A program made the position numbers and the translations under genes. Below the pieces are notes generated by a model that saw only the letters and a program-made list of their open reading frames with translations, did not search any database and was not told the DNA's origin. DNA of 58,717 nt from a virus (taxonomy: Duplodnaviria; Caudoviricetes): positions 1-58,717 of the IMG/VR virus record IMGVR_UViG_3300048851_000095. One strand, 5' to 3'. Shown in pieces: positions 8,701 to 18,169 of this stretch (position 1 is its first letter; every line of letters begins with the position of its first letter).

Positions 8701-10676
8701 CCGGATTCAACGGCATTGTCGAGTTCTTCAGAGGACTGCCTGAAACCATAAAGAGCTTCGCAGGCAACATCTTTTCGCCGATCTTCGACGCAGCAAAGGC
8801 TGTGTTCAACGGGATCGCTGATCTGTGGAACAACACCGCCGGCAAGCTGTCGTTCAAGGCACCGAAGTGGGTGCCCGGCATCGGCGGCAAGGGCTTCGAT
8901 ATGCCCGACATTCCGAAGATGCGCACAGGCGGTCTGGCCCGCGGGCCGGGGGGACCGACTGGCGACAAGATTCTGTCGTGGCTGTCGAACCGCGAGTTCG
9001 TCACCCGCGCGAAAGTTGTTGCCCAACGCGGTGCTCTGCCATTCCTGCAGGCGTTCAACTCCGGCCGCATCACCATGGACGACATCCGCCGCGGCCTTCC
9101 CGGCTTCGCTGCTGGCGGCCTCGCCGGCCGCGAACCGTACGGCCTACCGGCGGGCAGCAGCGGCAGCGACGTCTTCCCGCAGTGGGTGTACGACGTCGCC
9201 AGCCAGTTCAACCTCACCCCGTCGACGTATGCCGGGCATCAGGAGCGGGACGGCCAGAACAAGGGGATCGACTGGTCGGGGTCCGTCCCGGATATGCAGC
9301 GGTTCGCCGAGCACCTCGCGGGAATCTCGGGCGAGTTGGAGCAAGTCATCTGGATGAACCCGGAGACAGGTCAACAGATCGGTGTTGCGGACGGGCAGAT
9401 GGTCGGGCCGGGTACCGATCAGCCAGGCTACTACCGCGACGACTGGGCGGGTCACCAAGACCACGTCCACACCCGGCAGTCGTATGCGTTCGGTGGCGCG
9501 GCGAGCGACCCGAATAGCCCTGTCGAGGATCCGACCGGCGGTAGCTCGGCAAGCGCGCTCACAGCGAGTTCATCGAGCACACCGATCGGTTCAGGTATCG
9601 GTTCCGGCACGACCGGCGGGTCAGCGTCGTGGGGCAACTCCGGGGGCAGCAGCAAGTTCAACACCGCGGCGGATGCGAAAGCGAATGGCATCACACCGGT
9701 GTGGGTGGAGAACTGGCCGTCGACGATGGGCGGCGGGTCGAGCGACTCGGGAAGCTACACCAGCTCGGATACTGGCGGCGCCCTCACCGCGGATACGGGC
9801 GCACCGGCGTCGACGACGGACACGATCGCGCTCGTGCAGAATCCCGACGGCACGTACTCGGCTGTGGACCCTGAGTGGGACAAGCTGATCAAACGTGAGT
9901 CGGGCGGCCGCGCTGACATTGTGCAGGGCGTGCAAGACGCCAACTCTGGCGGGAACGAAGCGAGCGGACTATTCCAGATCGCAAAGGGAACGTGGGCGTC
10001 AAACGGCGGCACGAACTTCGCGCCGACCGCCGGCGAGGCGACGGCCGAGCAGCAGGCCGAGATCGCAGCGAAGATCTTCAACGCGCAGGGAGGCAGCCCG
10101 TGGGGCTCGGGTGCTGGGCAGAACCTTGGCCGCGAGAACGAGGAACTGCTACGCGCCGGTGTGCAGCGGGCGGGCAGTGTTCCTGTCACACCTGAGGGCA
10201 CGGTGCCCGTCACCATCACGGGCGCTGAGCTGCCCGCGAACAGTGACCCGAACGCGGCACCGCAGCTCGACTACACGCCGACCACGACAACCAATTCGGC
10301 ATCGATGCCGGACCCCAGCACCGCCACGACTCCGACCTCACCATCGTCGACGGACATGCCGTTCGGTCCCGATCGGGCCAACACGTGGCTGGGGGAGCAG
10401 GACTTCGCCGCGCAGGCCGGGACCTGGGCGACGGACGCGTCGAAGGAAATCCTCGGCCAGTTCGCCGAACCATTCGGCCTGTCCGGCTACGTCGACAAGG
10501 GAATCGACCAAGTCGTCGAATACCTCCGGCAGATGCTCGAGCAGCAGAGGAACCAGGCGCCCGGCGAGGTGAAGTTCGCCGACAGCGTGATCTTCAACGG
10601 CATGGACCCGCAGAAGACGAAGCAAGAGGCCATGTCGGGGATGACGCAGGTCACCGAAACCTTCAGGAGCGGATAG
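5715..10676 (+). CDS. Tape measure protein with C-terminal peptidoglycan hydrolase domains
   Basis: 1653 aa, Ala/Gly-rich amphipathic repeats; STYAGH..IDW..HQDHVH motif; Rpf/transglycosylase-like RESGG..GLFQI..TW..EQQ. Confidence 0.95.
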   Translation: MSSPWADARVEASLDYGNIDEELQQRLVRSTEIASKACQKHFRAIERAARTSATNTGQNWERAALRVSRAMETAETRGGKALAALALHGQKAAAKLRDSFDDAFDRILAKATSVLASVRAELRSLPNATVKLTVEFSKTQAEVAARAIHTHLRNFVRLVLGPIEFGVSLNDTAARARLTELTRTRTVRINTVTGSDRGSSGGGDVDRIGRSGRALSGITSMLGSIASGAGTAAKYLGIAGSAVVALGAATPAVAALAAVLASVGVAAGGAAIAGVSALALAVGTLKVGMSGVGDAFTALGAEATGGGGAAVDVAKQMADAQRTLTRAVRDEKDAQKDVSDARKDALERLEDYNLEAKGAALSEKDAVLSLKEAREDLAKGGFDNGTERERAALRVEQAEQRLAETRESNGDLESEIADARKKGVNGADEVVDANRRLEDATYAVRDAQYALNQVGKDSGSGIDKAAEALAKLSPHARDFVLAIRGVKPAWDEMKSGVQDSLFAGLADRIQPLANTYLPILGAAMTTVADGFNEGAISALNFAQSGTGISVMSTLLGESANMAGNLGSTLGNLVPGLAAIAAGAGQAFSPLTDGMAGVVRGWSDRMVELQQNGGMQAFFEKAMDVASQFGAVLSDIGGIISGVFNAANSAGSGLMGTLGQVLDQVNTFVNSVQGQEALTTFFSSMMTAVGAVLPVFMELASIVGTVVAPVIAQLATTLGPVLMQVASALGDRLRALAPAFGPVGDAIAAIGTALVPILPILGRLIGSFLELAGPIIGSLATALGPILEVIGNGLIAAFEALQPAIGPVTDVLMILSEVLSEYFTQYASVLVEIINGLVPVITTLATGFGELLTALLPVLPILGDALIQIITAVAPMIQEMAGVWLEVVQAILPLLPPLIQIVANLLPPLIELITALLPVTMMAAQVFAQLIVAIAPILTVLAQVIAKFSEVIAAVVSFSAQVIGTVVDFVGKVVGFFGGLVTQVTDKVGGVKDAVVTGFNGIVEFFRGLPETIKSFAGNIFSPIFDAAKAVFNGIADLWNNTAGKLSFKAPKWVPGIGGKGFDMPDIPKMRTGGLARGPGGPTGDKILSWLSNREFVTRAKVVAQRGALPFLQAFNSGRITMDDIRRGLPGFAAGGLAGREPYGLPAGSSGSDVFPQWVYDVASQFNLTPSTYAGHQERDGQNKGIDWSGSVPDMQRFAEHLAGISGELEQVIWMNPETGQQIGVADGQMVGPGTDQPGYYRDDWAGHQDHVHTRQSYAFGGAASDPNSPVEDPTGGSSASALTASSSSTPIGSGIGSGTTGGSASWGNSGGSSKFNTAADAKANGITPVWVENWPSTMGGGSSDSGSYTSSDTGGALTADTGAPASTTDTIALVQNPDGTYSAVDPEWDKLIKRESGGRADIVQGVQDANSGGNEASGLFQIAKGTWASNGGTNFAPTAGEATAEQQAEIAAKIFNAQGGSPWGSGAGQNLGRENEELLRAGVQRAGSVPVTPEGTVPVTITGAELPANSDPNAAPQLDYTPTTTTNSASMPDPSTATTPTSPSSTDMPFGPDRANTWLGEQDFAAQAGTWATDASKEILGQFAEPFGLSGYVDKGIDQVVEYLRQMLEQQRNQAPGEVKFADSVIFNGMDPQKTKQEAMSGMTQVTETFRSG

Positions 10677-10679
10677 CCG

Positions 10680-11615
10680 ATGGCGTGCGGAATTGTGAAC
10701 CCGAACCGGAAAGCGCAGCTGATCCTGCGTGACTCCGACGGTGTCGACGTGGTCGTCCTGGACCTCTTGGACTACGACAGTGGGCAGCGGGCGTCGACGG
10801 CCATCACCCTCGGCGAGGACATGGAGAACCTGTACCACACGCCGATCACGCAGGTCCGCAAAAACTATGCGTATCAGGAGGGTTCGACGTTGTCGGACTA
10901 TCCGCGTACGGAGGAACGCGTACCGAAGATCACAATCATCACGAAGGCGAAAGACACAGCCACGTGGGAGCGGATCGAGTCGCTGTTGTGGCGGGTTCTG
11001 TCTACGAGGTACGACTGCTTTCTCCGGCTGTACTCGACGCGCGGTTGGCGAGAGCTGAAGGTCCGCCGACTCGGCAGCCCGAGCGACAAGACGAAACTCA
11101 TCCTCGGCCGCAAACCTTTCCGCGAGTGGAAGGTCGAGCTCCTCGCGTGCGACCCGTTCTGGTATTCCGAGGAGATCGCCGGCCCGGTGCTCAAGCGCTC
11201 TGATATGACGCTCGCCTCGGGCGCCTACACCGGCATGTATCCGCTGGCCAACCCCTGCGACCAGCGCTGCTACCTGCAGTGGGCGTCCGGCCAGATCACG
11301 ACAACCGAGACATGGACACTGCCCGACGCCGACGCGGTCGACGACGAGGGCGACCCGATAGTGCACCAGCTGCCCTCACTGGGTGCCGGGAAAGAGTTCC
11401 TGGTCGACACCTATCCAGACCGTCCCACTCTGTGGACGCGGGACCTCGGCCAAGACTGGGCGCGGATGAACGGCGAAGACTTCGACTACTGGCTTGAGCC
11501 CTCAACACCTGAAGAGCGGATGGTTCCGGTCAAGTTGGTTGGCGGTACGGCAGATTCGCAGATCCAGGCATTCTTCGTGCAGCGGTGGGATCGCTGGTTC
11601 GGCGGTGAGATCTGA
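10680..11615 (+). CDS. Minor tail protein (distal tail, Dit-like)
   Basis: Follows TMP; LLACDPFWY, NPCDQ..Y.QW motifs. Confidence 0.8.
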   Translation: MACGIVNPNRKAQLILRDSDGVDVVVLDLLDYDSGQRASTAITLGEDMENLYHTPITQVRKNYAYQEGSTLSDYPRTEERVPKITIITKAKDTATWERIESLLWRVLSTRYDCFLRLYSTRGWRELKVRRLGSPSDKTKLILGRKPFREWKVELLACDPFWYSEEIAGPVLKRSDMTLASGAYTGMYPLANPCDQRCYLQWASGQITTTETWTLPDADAVDDEGDPIVHQLPSLGAGKEFLVDTYPDRPTLWTRDLGQDWARMNGEDFDYWLEPSTPEERMVPVKLVGGTADSQIQAFFVQRWDRWFGGEI

Positions 11616-13240
11616 TGCCCCCGTTGCTCGCGCCCGCAGAGGTGCGTTCACAGGTGCGGATGCAGCAGGCCGAGTTCCTGCAGCGCGCGAACTCCCGCCC
11701 GATCATCGACCTGTACGACAAGAACTGGGACAAGCACTATCCCTTGATCGGGGAAACTCAAGCCAAATTCCTTGAGAAGCTGAACGACACCGGCGAGGGC
11801 AACCTTGTCATCTTCGGCACCAACAAACTGCGTGACTTCATCGTCGACGAGCTCGGCGAGTGGGAAGACCTCCACATCCGTGTCCGCACCGGTGTGAAGG
11901 AGTGGACCGGCAAGGCCGCCGAGATCCTCGACGAGTCCGACGAAGAGGGCTTCGAGTTCATCTCGATCAAGTTCCTCCACGAGTACGAGCACATCAAAAA
12001 GATCATTTGTGCGTCGAACCCGCTGTTCCCGATGGAGCTTCAATTCCCGAAGATCTGGGCGTACGCCGGCCCGGCGGTGTTCGGGATCACCGCCACCATC
12101 TTCATGAACCTCCTCCGGCGGTTCGCGTTGCCGTGGACGTTCTCCGACAACCTGTTTGACCCAGCGTCGTGGCTGTCCAACTTCAATCCGGAGAACTGGC
12201 CGATCGTCGTTGTCCCGAAACCGTTCCTGACGGATACGTCGATGTGGTCGATCATCGCGACCCGCTTCGGCAACGCACACGATGTGTTCGGGCCCACGCT
12301 GAAAGACGCGGGCATACAGATCAAGGTGTACCGCTGGTTCCCGGGTATGCCACAGCCGGCGCCGGATCACTACACCCTGACGAAGCCCACCCTGGTCATC
12401 GATGTCATCGACAAGTCGGGATACAAGGGCCCGTCCGGGACGCTGCTCGATGGTCTCGCGCACCTTGTCACCGAGGTGGCCGACGACCTGATCAACGAGG
12501 TCGTCTCGGAGACAACGTTTATCGAATCACCCGAGTACTCGATCGGCGGGTTCCTGGGCACCACCCGCGAAAACCCGTGGGTCGTGTTCAAAAACGCCCA
12601 GCGATCGGGCGGTATCTCGGGTGTCCAGTCGTGGAAGATGATCCGCCACAAAGCGACCGCGTCGGCGATCATGACCGGCGGCCGCTCACCCGACTGGGTG
12701 AACTCCGGCATCAAACTGCTGATGAACGCCGCTCTCGGCTACCTCGGCGCGCTGATCGGCAACCCCGGTCTTGCGCTCGGGGTGTTCGACGGCATGGTCG
12801 AAGACGTCGTTCTCGCGTTCCATCGGATACCGAACCCCATCCGCGTCGAAAGGATGGGCGCCCGAGGCCCGGCGTACGGCGAATACTGGGAGTCATCGGG
12901 TGGCACCGGTGCGAGCCTCCACGCGCTCGAGGCGATCCGGACCGGCTTCCACCGCACCCGCGCGTACACCACGTTCCAAATCAAGTGCCGGGCCGGCGGA
13001 CCGTACTGGCCGGGTGCCCACTTCGACACCGGCGACCGGATCGCGGGAGAGATCGGGAAGTCGGGGAAGCTGTATGTCGACCACGTGTACTCGCTGGGCT
13101 TCGGCTGGGACCGGGCAGCGGATGTGGATTGGGACATCGCGTTCGGTGACAACCAGATCGACGATGAGCCGGGCGCAGTCTTATCGCGGCAGGTCGCGAT
13201 GATCAAGCATGTGATCCAGGAGCTCGGTGTTTCGGCCTGA
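11615..13240 (+). CDS. Minor tail protein (baseplate hub-like)
   Basis: IDLYDKNW, FLHEYEH.K..IC.SNP..P...QFPK, GGRSP.WVN, HFDTGDR motifs. Confidence 0.85.
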   Translation: MPPLLAPAEVRSQVRMQQAEFLQRANSRPIIDLYDKNWDKHYPLIGETQAKFLEKLNDTGEGNLVIFGTNKLRDFIVDELGEWEDLHIRVRTGVKEWTGKAAEILDESDEEGFEFISIKFLHEYEHIKKIICASNPLFPMELQFPKIWAYAGPAVFGITATIFMNLLRRFALPWTFSDNLFDPASWLSNFNPENWPIVVVPKPFLTDTSMWSIIATRFGNAHDVFGPTLKDAGIQIKVYRWFPGMPQPAPDHYTLTKPTLVIDVIDKSGYKGPSGTLLDGLAHLVTEVADDLINEVVSETTFIESPEYSIGGFLGTTRENPWVVFKNAQRSGGISGVQSWKMIRHKATASAIMTGGRSPDWVNSGIKLLMNAALGYLGALIGNPGLALGVFDGMVEDVVLAFHRIPNPIRVERMGARGPAYGEYWESSGGTGASLHALEAIRTGFHRTRAYTTFQIKCRAGGPYWPGAHFDTGDRIAGEIGKSGKLYVDHVYSLGFGWDRAADVDWDIAFGDNQIDDEPGAVLSRQVAMIKHVIQELGVSA

Positions 13241-13273
13241 CCTCGGTTGCCAGGGGACGGTTAGACTCTGACC

Positions 13274-13840
13274 ATGTCGAGACGTGGAAACCAGCAGCGT
13301 AACCGCGGTTTGGTACGAGACCCCAAGACCGGTGTCGTCCTCGCGCGGAAGCACGAGCACCCGTTGCGGCATGTCTTCGAAGCTGTCCCGAACGGCACCG
13401 CGATCCCGTTCAACATGCCGCCGGAGATGCAGCAGGTGTTGGCGATCCATGTGTTCGACAACCTGAAGTGCGGGCCGCCGTCGGATGACGCGGTGTACCG
13501 GCTGGTGCGGGCTAAGTCGAATCCGGATGCACCGTTGGGGACGGGCGGGGTGATGTGGGTTCCGAAGACGGTCCCTGACTCGGCATTCGATGTGCCGGGT
13601 GTGCAGGTCGGTGCGGTCGCGGTCGAAGGTGTTCCGGATATCGAGGACCTCGATGACGCCCAATTGGATGTGTTGGAAGCGAGGATCGCTGACCGGAAGA
13701 TCGCGCAGACCCAGGCCCAGAATCTGGATGTGCCCGTGGAAACTGAGGCACCGGAATGGCGACAGTGGCGTGAACAGTATTTGGCCGAGAAGGCCGAAGA
13801 GTTGAAACGGCAGGCTGCGTCTGACGAAAGCGGCGCCTAG
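13274..13840 (+). CDS. Minor tail-associated protein (DUF2744/gp29-like)
   Basis: Synteny and size; weak motif resemblance. Confidence 0.55.
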   Translation: MSRRGNQQRNRGLVRDPKTGVVLARKHEHPLRHVFEAVPNGTAIPFNMPPEMQQVLAIHVFDNLKCGPPSDDAVYRLVRAKSNPDAPLGTGGVMWVPKTVPDSAFDVPGVQVGAVAVEGVPDIEDLDDAQLDVLEARIADRKIAQTQAQNLDVPVETEAPEWRQWREQYLAEKAEELKRQAASDESGA

Positions 13841-14910
13841 TGGGTACGTCACCAGATGGGTTCTCCCCGGCGGGCGCGTTTGGTGCCGGTATCGGGCCGG
13901 GCTACCAGAACGCGGACCCGGAAGCGGGTGGGGTACAGCAAAATCTGTGGCTGACTGAGGCGCTCGAAGAGGTCCGCAATCAGCTACTGAACAATCTGCT
14001 CGGCGGGTTTCTCAACGTGCCTGCCGCCATCAGCGATGGCATTGTGTCGATCGTCGTCGCCATCACCGGTGCTCTCGGCGACCTCGCGGACCTCGCTGGG
14101 TGGGCGCTCGGCGTTCAGACAGCGATCACCACGAACACTGAAGCGATCGCAGCGTTGCAAGACATCGCTCCCGCCTCTCCGGTGACGCCGGCGTATGTCG
14201 CGGATATCGACGACATGGCGTCATGCGGCCGTGGGGAGTTGATCCGGTGGGCTGTCGATGTTGACGCAAACCAGTTGCAACACCGTCACTCGATTCCCTC
14301 ATCGGGATCGAACACCGGTTACGAAAACCCGAACATCACGACTTCGGTGACGGTCTCTCCGGTCACCCCTCTGTTCACGCCGGAGGTGCAAAAGGATCCG
14401 GTAGGGATCGGTGGGAAGGTCTACTACTGGCCTGTCGTCGCCGACCGGAAGGGCCACGCGAGTCTGTTGCACTGGAATGTCGGAGAGGACACTTCACTGT
14501 TCGACATCGTCGAATACAACATGGCGTTGTGCGCGTACAACCCGAGCAACGGGAACATCGAAAAGGTGTGGGACTCGGGCAATATTGCATCGACGTTGGC
14601 AGCGACGACGACACCACAAGAGGCTGAGATCAATATGGCATTGACCGAGGAGCAGGGTGCTGTAACACCCGGGCAAATCTTGTTCGTCGCTCACCGCCAA
14701 CGCGCGCAAGGTCTCCTGATGACACCCCGATCCATCGCGTACGCGCCCCGGACAACACGGCAGCGGCCGGCGTCGATGATCCTTCGTGCCCCTTCGTATG
14801 TGACTTCCGCGTTCTACACGGGGATTCCGTCGTCGATCGCTCTCACATCGCTCACTCATGTGTTGACTCGGCTGCCGTGGTCGGGCATCAAGGTGGAGGC
14901 GGCAGCGTGA
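13840..14910 (+). CDS. Minor tail protein / putative receptor-binding protein
   Basis: N-terminal S-P-D-G motif and beta-rich C-terminus; end of tail module. Confidence 0.65.
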   Translation: MGTSPDGFSPAGAFGAGIGPGYQNADPEAGGVQQNLWLTEALEEVRNQLLNNLLGGFLNVPAAISDGIVSIVVAITGALGDLADLAGWALGVQTAITTNTEAIAALQDIAPASPVTPAYVADIDDMASCGRGELIRWAVDVDANQLQHRHSIPSSGSNTGYENPNITTSVTVSPVTPLFTPEVQKDPVGIGGKVYYWPVVADRKGHASLLHWNVGEDTSLFDIVEYNMALCAYNPSNGNIEKVWDSGNIASTLAATTTPQEAEINMALTEEQGAVTPGQILFVAHRQRAQGLLMTPRSIAYAPRTTRQRPASMILRAPSYVTSAFYTGIPSSIALTSLTHVLTRLPWSGIKVEAAA

Positions 14911-15170
14911 AAGACCAGGACGGGTTCCATGTGACCGCCGCCGAGCTCGCAGCGTTCCGCGCCAGCGGCAAGCAGCACTGGTGGCTGAACTACGACGGCA
15001 CCACGAACGTCTACACCGATGAGTACGAGCTGTCTCCAGGGTGGCCGGTGTATCTCGGATCGGTTGGTGTGTTCGCACAGCTGCAGGATGACGATCTGCA
15101 GCGCGCGTGCGATGAGCAACTAAACCCTGCGTTGCGGGCGAACGCACACCTCCTGCCGCCGGCGCCGTAG
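14907..15170 (+). CDS. Hypothetical protein
   Basis: GTGA-coupled to upstream gene. Confidence 0.6.
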   Translation: MKDQDGFHVTAAELAAFRASGKQHWWLNYDGTTNVYTDEYELSPGWPVYLGSVGVFAQLQDDDLQRACDEQLNPALRANAHLLPPAP

Positions 15171-15235
15171 AACGATTCGCCGAGGCGGGTTGCAGACCAG
15201 GGAACTGTTCGACAGTTACCCTAGAGCCAACCGCA

Positions 15236-15287
15236 CTGCTGGCCTTGGGCCGAGTGAAAGATCATCACACTCACCCGGAGGCGGCTC
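15236..15287 (+). promoter_or_regulatory. Conserved late-gene leader hairpin, copy 3 (endolysin)
   Basis: GCTGGCCTTGGGCCG at 15238-15252; GCCT pairs with AGGC of the SD; TACCCT at 15217. Confidence 0.75.
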
Positions 15288-16790
15288 GTGGCACCACGCG
15301 TGTACCCCCTCGCCGCCGGACACATCATCACCTCCCCTTACGGACCCCGCTCCGGTGGCTTCCACTACGGAACAGACTTCGGGTGGCCCGGTGGCTCAGC
15401 CGGACTCCCCGTCTACGCAGTCCAAGCCGGAACCGTCATCTATGCCGGAGCCGCCAGCGGGTACGGCGGCCCCGACCCCGCCGGATGGCTCGTCATCGAC
15501 TCGAGCGATGAGCAGGGCGGCGGGTGCGTCGAGTACGGGCACATCATCCGTGAAGTAGCTGTCGGCGCGGTTGTGTCTGCCGGGCAACGCATCGCACGGA
15601 TCAATCCGAACTCCAACACGAACGGCGGCGTAGCACCGCACCTGCACCTCGCGGTCCACGCGTACGACTACACCTCCGACTACCTCGATCCCGCCGGATG
15701 GCTGGAAGCCGCTGGCGCACAAACACAGGAGACAGTTATGGGCGATCCCGTATGGCTCGCAGACGTAATCAGGGCCGAGGGGGTGGCCGTCGTCGAGTAC
15801 CCCGGCTGGCTCGACCGGGGACACGGCGACTTCGGTCAGATCACTCACGTTATGGCCCACCACACCGGCGGGAACGCATCGCCGCGGTCGATCGCCGAAC
15901 ATCCCGAACTCGGGTTGTGTTCGCAGATCCACCTCGCAAGGAACGGTGTCGCGACGGTCGTCGGCGCGGGCGAAGCGTGGCACGCTGGCCCGGGCTCGTA
16001 TCCAGGCATCCCGACGGACGACGCAAACCGTGTGTCGATCGGTATCGAGGCTGAGAACAACGGCACCGAAGGCTGGTCCGCTGCCCAGTATTGGGCGTAC
16101 GTCAAGGTCTGCGCGGCGATCTGCCGGCGGCTCGGGGTCGGCGCCGATCGCGTCATCGGCCACAAGGAATGGGCCGGACGCGCGCAAGGCAAGTGGGATC
16201 CAGGCGGCATCGACATGAACGCGTTCCGCCGCGACATCCAGAACCAGATCAACGCCGGACCTCGACCTGCACCTGTCATCCCCCCGAACCAGATCGACGA
16301 GATGCAGCGCATCATCGAGAAGTCCACCAACTGGCTCGGTGCGCGCGTCGGGAAGATGGGCGCCGAACGCACCTGCGGCGTCGACGGCAAGGGTCGATAC
16401 GCCCAGTTCGAACGCGGCTACATCTACTGGCACGAGAAGTTCGGTGCCCGCGCCGTCCCGATGCGCATCTTCCAGTACTGGGCCGGATTGAACTGGGAGA
16501 ACGGACCTCTCGGCTACCCAGTAAAGAATCACACCTACATCCAGGACGTCGGCGACATTCAGGCGTTCGAGCGTGGCGTCGTCTTCCGCAAACTCGGCGA
16601 CGACCCCGGCCACCACGTCACAGGCGTGATCGGCGACTCCTACTACAAGCGTGGCGCTGAAACAGGTGCCCTCGGCTGGCCGACCTCGAACGAGTACGAC
16701 TTCGACGGCGGCAAAGCGCAGGACTTCGACACCAACACCCTCGCCTGGAATCCCACAGGCGCAGTACGCATCACCACAAAGGAGAAATGA
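15288..16790 (+). CDS. Endolysin (lysin A): M23 peptidase + amidase + LGFP repeats
   Basis: HYGTDF..YGH..PHLH (M23); HHTG..AWHAG..IGIE..GHKEW..KWDPG (amidase_2); LGYP/LGWP repeats. Confidence 0.95.
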   Translation: MAPRVYPLAAGHIITSPYGPRSGGFHYGTDFGWPGGSAGLPVYAVQAGTVIYAGAASGYGGPDPAGWLVIDSSDEQGGGCVEYGHIIREVAVGAVVSAGQRIARINPNSNTNGGVAPHLHLAVHAYDYTSDYLDPAGWLEAAGAQTQETVMGDPVWLADVIRAEGVAVVEYPGWLDRGHGDFGQITHVMAHHTGGNASPRSIAEHPELGLCSQIHLARNGVATVVGAGEAWHAGPGSYPGIPTDDANRVSIGIEAENNGTEGWSAAQYWAYVKVCAAICRRLGVGADRVIGHKEWAGRAQGKWDPGGIDMNAFRRDIQNQINAGPRPAPVIPPNQIDEMQRIIEKSTNWLGARVGKMGAERTCGVDGKGRYAQFERGYIYWHEKFGARAVPMRIFQYWAGLNWENGPLGYPVKNHTYIQDVGDIQAFERGVVFRKLGDDPGHHVTGVIGDSYYKRGAETGALGWPTSNEYDFDGGKAQDFDTNTLAWNPTGAVRITTKEK

Positions 16791-17200
16791 TGACCATTCA
16801 AAACCCGCCCGCCCGCCTCGTCTTCGGCCGTGAGCCCGCCGCATGGTCCGGCGCCGTCATGGCCGCGGTCGCGCTTGTCGTCGCGTTCGGCATCAACGTG
16901 TCGACCGAAACCCAGGGCATCATCCAGGCTTTCGTGAACGGCATCCTGACCCTGATCGTCGTGATCACGGTGAAGGAGAATGTGCTGCCCGCGATCGTCG
17001 GCGTCATCCAGACCGGGCTGCCGCTGCTCGTCGCGTTCGGTTTCCACATCACGTCCGAACAACAGGGCGCTCTCCTCGCCGCGGTGTCGCTGTTCCTGAC
17101 CCTCGCTGTCACCCGCCCGCAGGTCACCCCGAAGGCGACTCTCGTGGCCGTGCAGACCGGGCCCGACACCTTCGACGCAACCCGGTCCGCTGGCGAATGA
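16787..17200 (+). CDS. Holin
   Basis: About 4 hydrophobic segments, FGREP and TRPQVTP motifs, coupled to lysin A. Confidence 0.8.
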   Translation: MMTIQNPPARLVFGREPAAWSGAVMAAVALVVAFGINVSTETQGIIQAFVNGILTLIVVITVKENVLPAIVGVIQTGLPLLVAFGFHITSEQQGALLAAVSLFLTLAVTRPQVTPKATLVAVQTGPDTFDATRSAGE

Positions 17201-17565
17201 TCAACGCCAGCTCGGCGACAGACCTACTCGCCGATGTACCAATCGGCGACATCGGTCTCGCCGGGCTGGTCACGTTGTTCGTCTTCCTCATCTTCACCGG
17301 TCGGCTCATCCCTCGATCGACCTACGACCAACAGCGAGCAGACCTCCTCGCACAGGTCGATGCGGAACGCCAAGCCAAGGAAGCCGCAAGGGATGTCGTG
17401 ATGAAACTGATGGGAGCCAACGGTGATCAGGCAGCCACTATCCGTGACCTCGTCCCCGCTGCTCGTGTCGGAGTCCGTGTCGGAGAGGAAGTCCAGCGTC
17501 TCGCATCGACGAACGGCGGCGTCGATGTATCGACCGGTGGAGGCGACCATGTTCCGCCGCCGTAA
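17197..17565 (+). CDS. Lysis-cassette membrane protein
   Basis: TM segment followed by TGRLIPRS and a coiled coil. Confidence 0.7.
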   Translation: MINASSATDLLADVPIGDIGLAGLVTLFVFLIFTGRLIPRSTYDQQRADLLAQVDAERQAKEAARDVVMKLMGANGDQAATIRDLVPAARVGVRVGEEVQRLASTNGGVDVSTGGGDHVPPP

Positions 17566-17785
17566 CAAAAACCAGGGGACCTGCTCACCCGGAGTGGAGC
17601 AGGCAATTGCCGAGCGCGACTCCTTCGAACGGCTCGCTGCTGAGATCGATGCGCAGGCACCAGAACGCCTCGCCCAGCGCGCGGAAGCCCGGCACCTACG
17701 CGAACGCGGGGAGGCGTCGTACAAGCAGAACCATTTCGGTCAGACGATCGAGTTGGCGATGCGGAACAAGAGGGCTGCACATTGA
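17549..17785 (+). CDS. Hypothetical lysis-cassette protein
   Basis: GGAGG RBS; QNHFG..I..AM motif. Confidence 0.6.
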   Translation: MFRRRNKNQGTCSPGVEQAIAERDSFERLAAEIDAQAPERLAQRAEARHLRERGEASYKQNHFGQTIELAMRNKRAAH

Positions 17786-18159
17786 TTCGGCGGGTGATGA
17801 TCTCGGTGGGCTCCGTCACCGTGGCGGCTATGACGGTCCTTCCGGGTGTCCCAGAACGCGTGATGGGCGATTCGTTCATCCTCGTCGCGACGATCATCGC
17901 GTGGGTGTTCTCGGCAGGCTATTGGAAGTGGTCTCAGTGGCGGATCTACCCTGCGGGCCGCGCAATCCTGTACCTGCTGTTGTCGTTTGCCGTGTTCGGT
18001 ACCCAAGTATCGATGTCGAACTGGATCGGTACCGACTACTGGGGCTGGGCCCAGATCCGCATGTGTGTGTACGCGGGCATCATGTTCACCTCGTTCAACC
18101 TGCTGTGGACGTGGAACCAGGAACGCACCCGCAACGACGACTTGCCACCCCATCTGTGA
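17782..18159 (+). CDS. Membrane protein (putative second holin)
   Basis: About 4 hydrophobic segments in lysis cassette. Confidence 0.65.
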   Translation: MIRRVMISVGSVTVAAMTVLPGVPERVMGDSFILVATIIAWVFSAGYWKWSQWRIYPAGRAILYLLLSFAVFGTQVSMSNWIGTDYWGWAQIRMCVYAGIMFTSFNLLWTWNQERTRNDDLPPHL

Positions 18160-18169
18160 GGACTTCGAA

